NCBI RefSeq assembly: GCF_036321535.1
Contig: NC_087447.1
Span: 38,752,001 to 38,816,000, forward strand
From: Camelus dromedarius
Taxonomy: Eukaryota
Direction: 5' to 3'
DNA length: 64,000 nt
The stretch's first letter is position 1, and each line of letters starts with the position of its first letter. Of this stretch, positions 62,338 through 64,000 are shown in pieces. The translations under genes and the position numbers were made by a program. Under the pieces are notes generated by a model that saw nothing but the letters and a program-made list of their open reading frames with translations, was not told the DNA's origin and did not search any database.

Positions 62338-63900
62338 CGGCTTAACAGTCACAATAACCTTTACCTCCTCTGCCTCATTTAGCATCTGTCTCCATGTTGC
62401 TTCCTACCATTAATGACTTGCCGAAAAAGTGAAAGGCATAAGTAAAAAACTGTGTGTGCTTTGCATGCTTGTGTGTATGTGTGTGTGTCTTTCACGTGCT
62501 GTTCTCTCTGCCTGTAACACCTGCTGAATCAGTCGAGGTCCCGACAGGAAACAGATGGCCTACTCAAAATTGTATAATTCCAGGAGGGTCTATATGCAGG
62601 GGGCCCTTGACAAAGCTGTGGGTGCAGGGGAAGCACAGGGGATTCATGCCCGGGGTGTCCTACCCTTAGGCCCAAAGCGACAAGTGATGGGGGGGCGGTT
62701 ACTGGAAGCAGCTCATCCCACACACTTGTGGGCCCAGGATAAGAACACTTGGAGGCCTCCCAAACCACATGTCTAAATATTTGAAAGTCATAACTCAAAT
62801 GAACAAACTGCTACATGAAATATATTCTATCTGTTGACCTTAGCAAATAAATCTTTATAACAACCAGGAAGATTGGGTTTGAATTGAGAAGTCTCTCACT
62901 GCTCGGAGTTCTGTGTAGGAACAACACGGCAGAAGGGAAACATCTGGACACCCTTCTCTTCCCACCTCTACCTCTGCTTATAACCACAAGTGACCTCATG
63001 CATACAGCTGGGCACCTCATGCAACCCCCAGAACCTGCCACCCACGCATCACACACCCTTTGGCCAAGCCCTGAGTCCTAGGGCTGAGAAGGCTGGTGGT
63101 GCACAGGGGTGTGGGCACACAAAACGGAGGGGCAGGTGCAGGCGGCAGGGGCGGGGCCTCTTACACCATGGGCAGGGGTGCAGCCGGAGGAGGACCCCAG
63201 CGCTAAAGCACACTGTCCATGGTGTCCATGGCAGGGGCTTGCACTCAAGGATCAAAGGGAAGCACTGCTAGAGAAAGAGAGAATTTCCTTAAAGGACTGA
63301 GCCATTCCCCACCTCCCCAAGACAATTCCACAGGGAAGAAGACAGTTAAGTGACCCCTGAGCCCCGATCTCACGCTCCTTCCTCTGATTCCCTAGGGAGG
63401 GAGGGCTCCCCAACAGAAAGCCCGAGGGGGCAGGGAAGTTAGGGAAGTACTCCCAGGTAATCAGCCTCCAGAGCACAAAGCAGGATGGAGAAGGCTGGAG
63501 AGTGGGTCTGGAAGACATCTAGCTCTCTGTCCTCCTCATTTCCTCTAGTTAACTTCTGCTCAAGCTTTCAATGCCAGCTCAAGTGTCAATCTCTCAAGGA
63601 AATCCTACCTGACCTCCAGAGCTAAGCAAGTCTCTCTTTTAGGCGGCCCATGCTTCCTTGTCTTCGTCCTCCACGGCATTCACTAAAGTTTCTAACTGGG
63701 ATCTGTGTGGTTATTTTATTAATGGCAGTATCCCTACCAGACCACGAGCCCCACAAGGGCAGGGGCTGGATCTGTTTAGGTGGTGGCTGTATCTACTGCC
63801 TGGCATTGTTCCTGCTATACTATTTATGGTCCTCTCCGCTATGCTGGGGTCAGGGAGAGCTACGTTCAAGGGAAGGCAGAGAGCATACGTGACAGTAAGT

Positions 63901-63966
63901 GACACACACATGCACACACACACATATACATACACATACACACATGGATACAGATGCACACACATA
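63901..63966 (+). repeat. Imperfect (CA/TA)n repeat
   Basis: Read directly. Confidence 0.8.
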
Positions 63967-64000
63967 CTCAGGCATGCACGAATGCACGGGACTTGGAAGT

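Noticed and set aside
63050..63260. GC-rich patch with a GGGGCGGGG box
   Set aside because: Too short and CpG-poor to call a promoter, and no associated exon recognised.

Overview
Mammalian genomic DNA, very probably a camelid (alpaca, llama or camel), judged from its tRNA-derived SINEs and young L1 3' ends. The only host protein-coding sequence I can support is the start of SPON1 (F-spondin) exon 1 on the minus strand at 1-182, in a CpG island with its likely 5' UTR and promoter (to about 640). The other ~63 kb is upstream intergenic DNA dense in interspersed repeats: MIR, L2, L3/CR1, MaLR and ERVL LTRs, hAT and Tigger MITEs, L1 fragments with target-site duplications (TSDs) and SINEs. Two regions stand out. 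(1) At 51284-51746 there is a ~450 bp degenerate telomere-like satellite (18-bp unit AGGGTT-AGGGCT-AGGTGC) with a poly(A) tail and a perfect 19-bp TSD, inserted into an ERV LTR. It looks like an L1-mediated retrocopy of a G-rich, TERRA-like satellite RNA. (2) At 37358-41731 there is a minus-strand class I ERV provirus with two LTRs, a 4-bp TSD, a tRNA-Arg primer-binding site and a decayed gag. It is deleted from the start of protease straight to the 3' LTR, and gag carries a nested solo LTR with a CCAAT-box array and an octamer. Repeat family names are from recall of consensus sequences, not from a database search.
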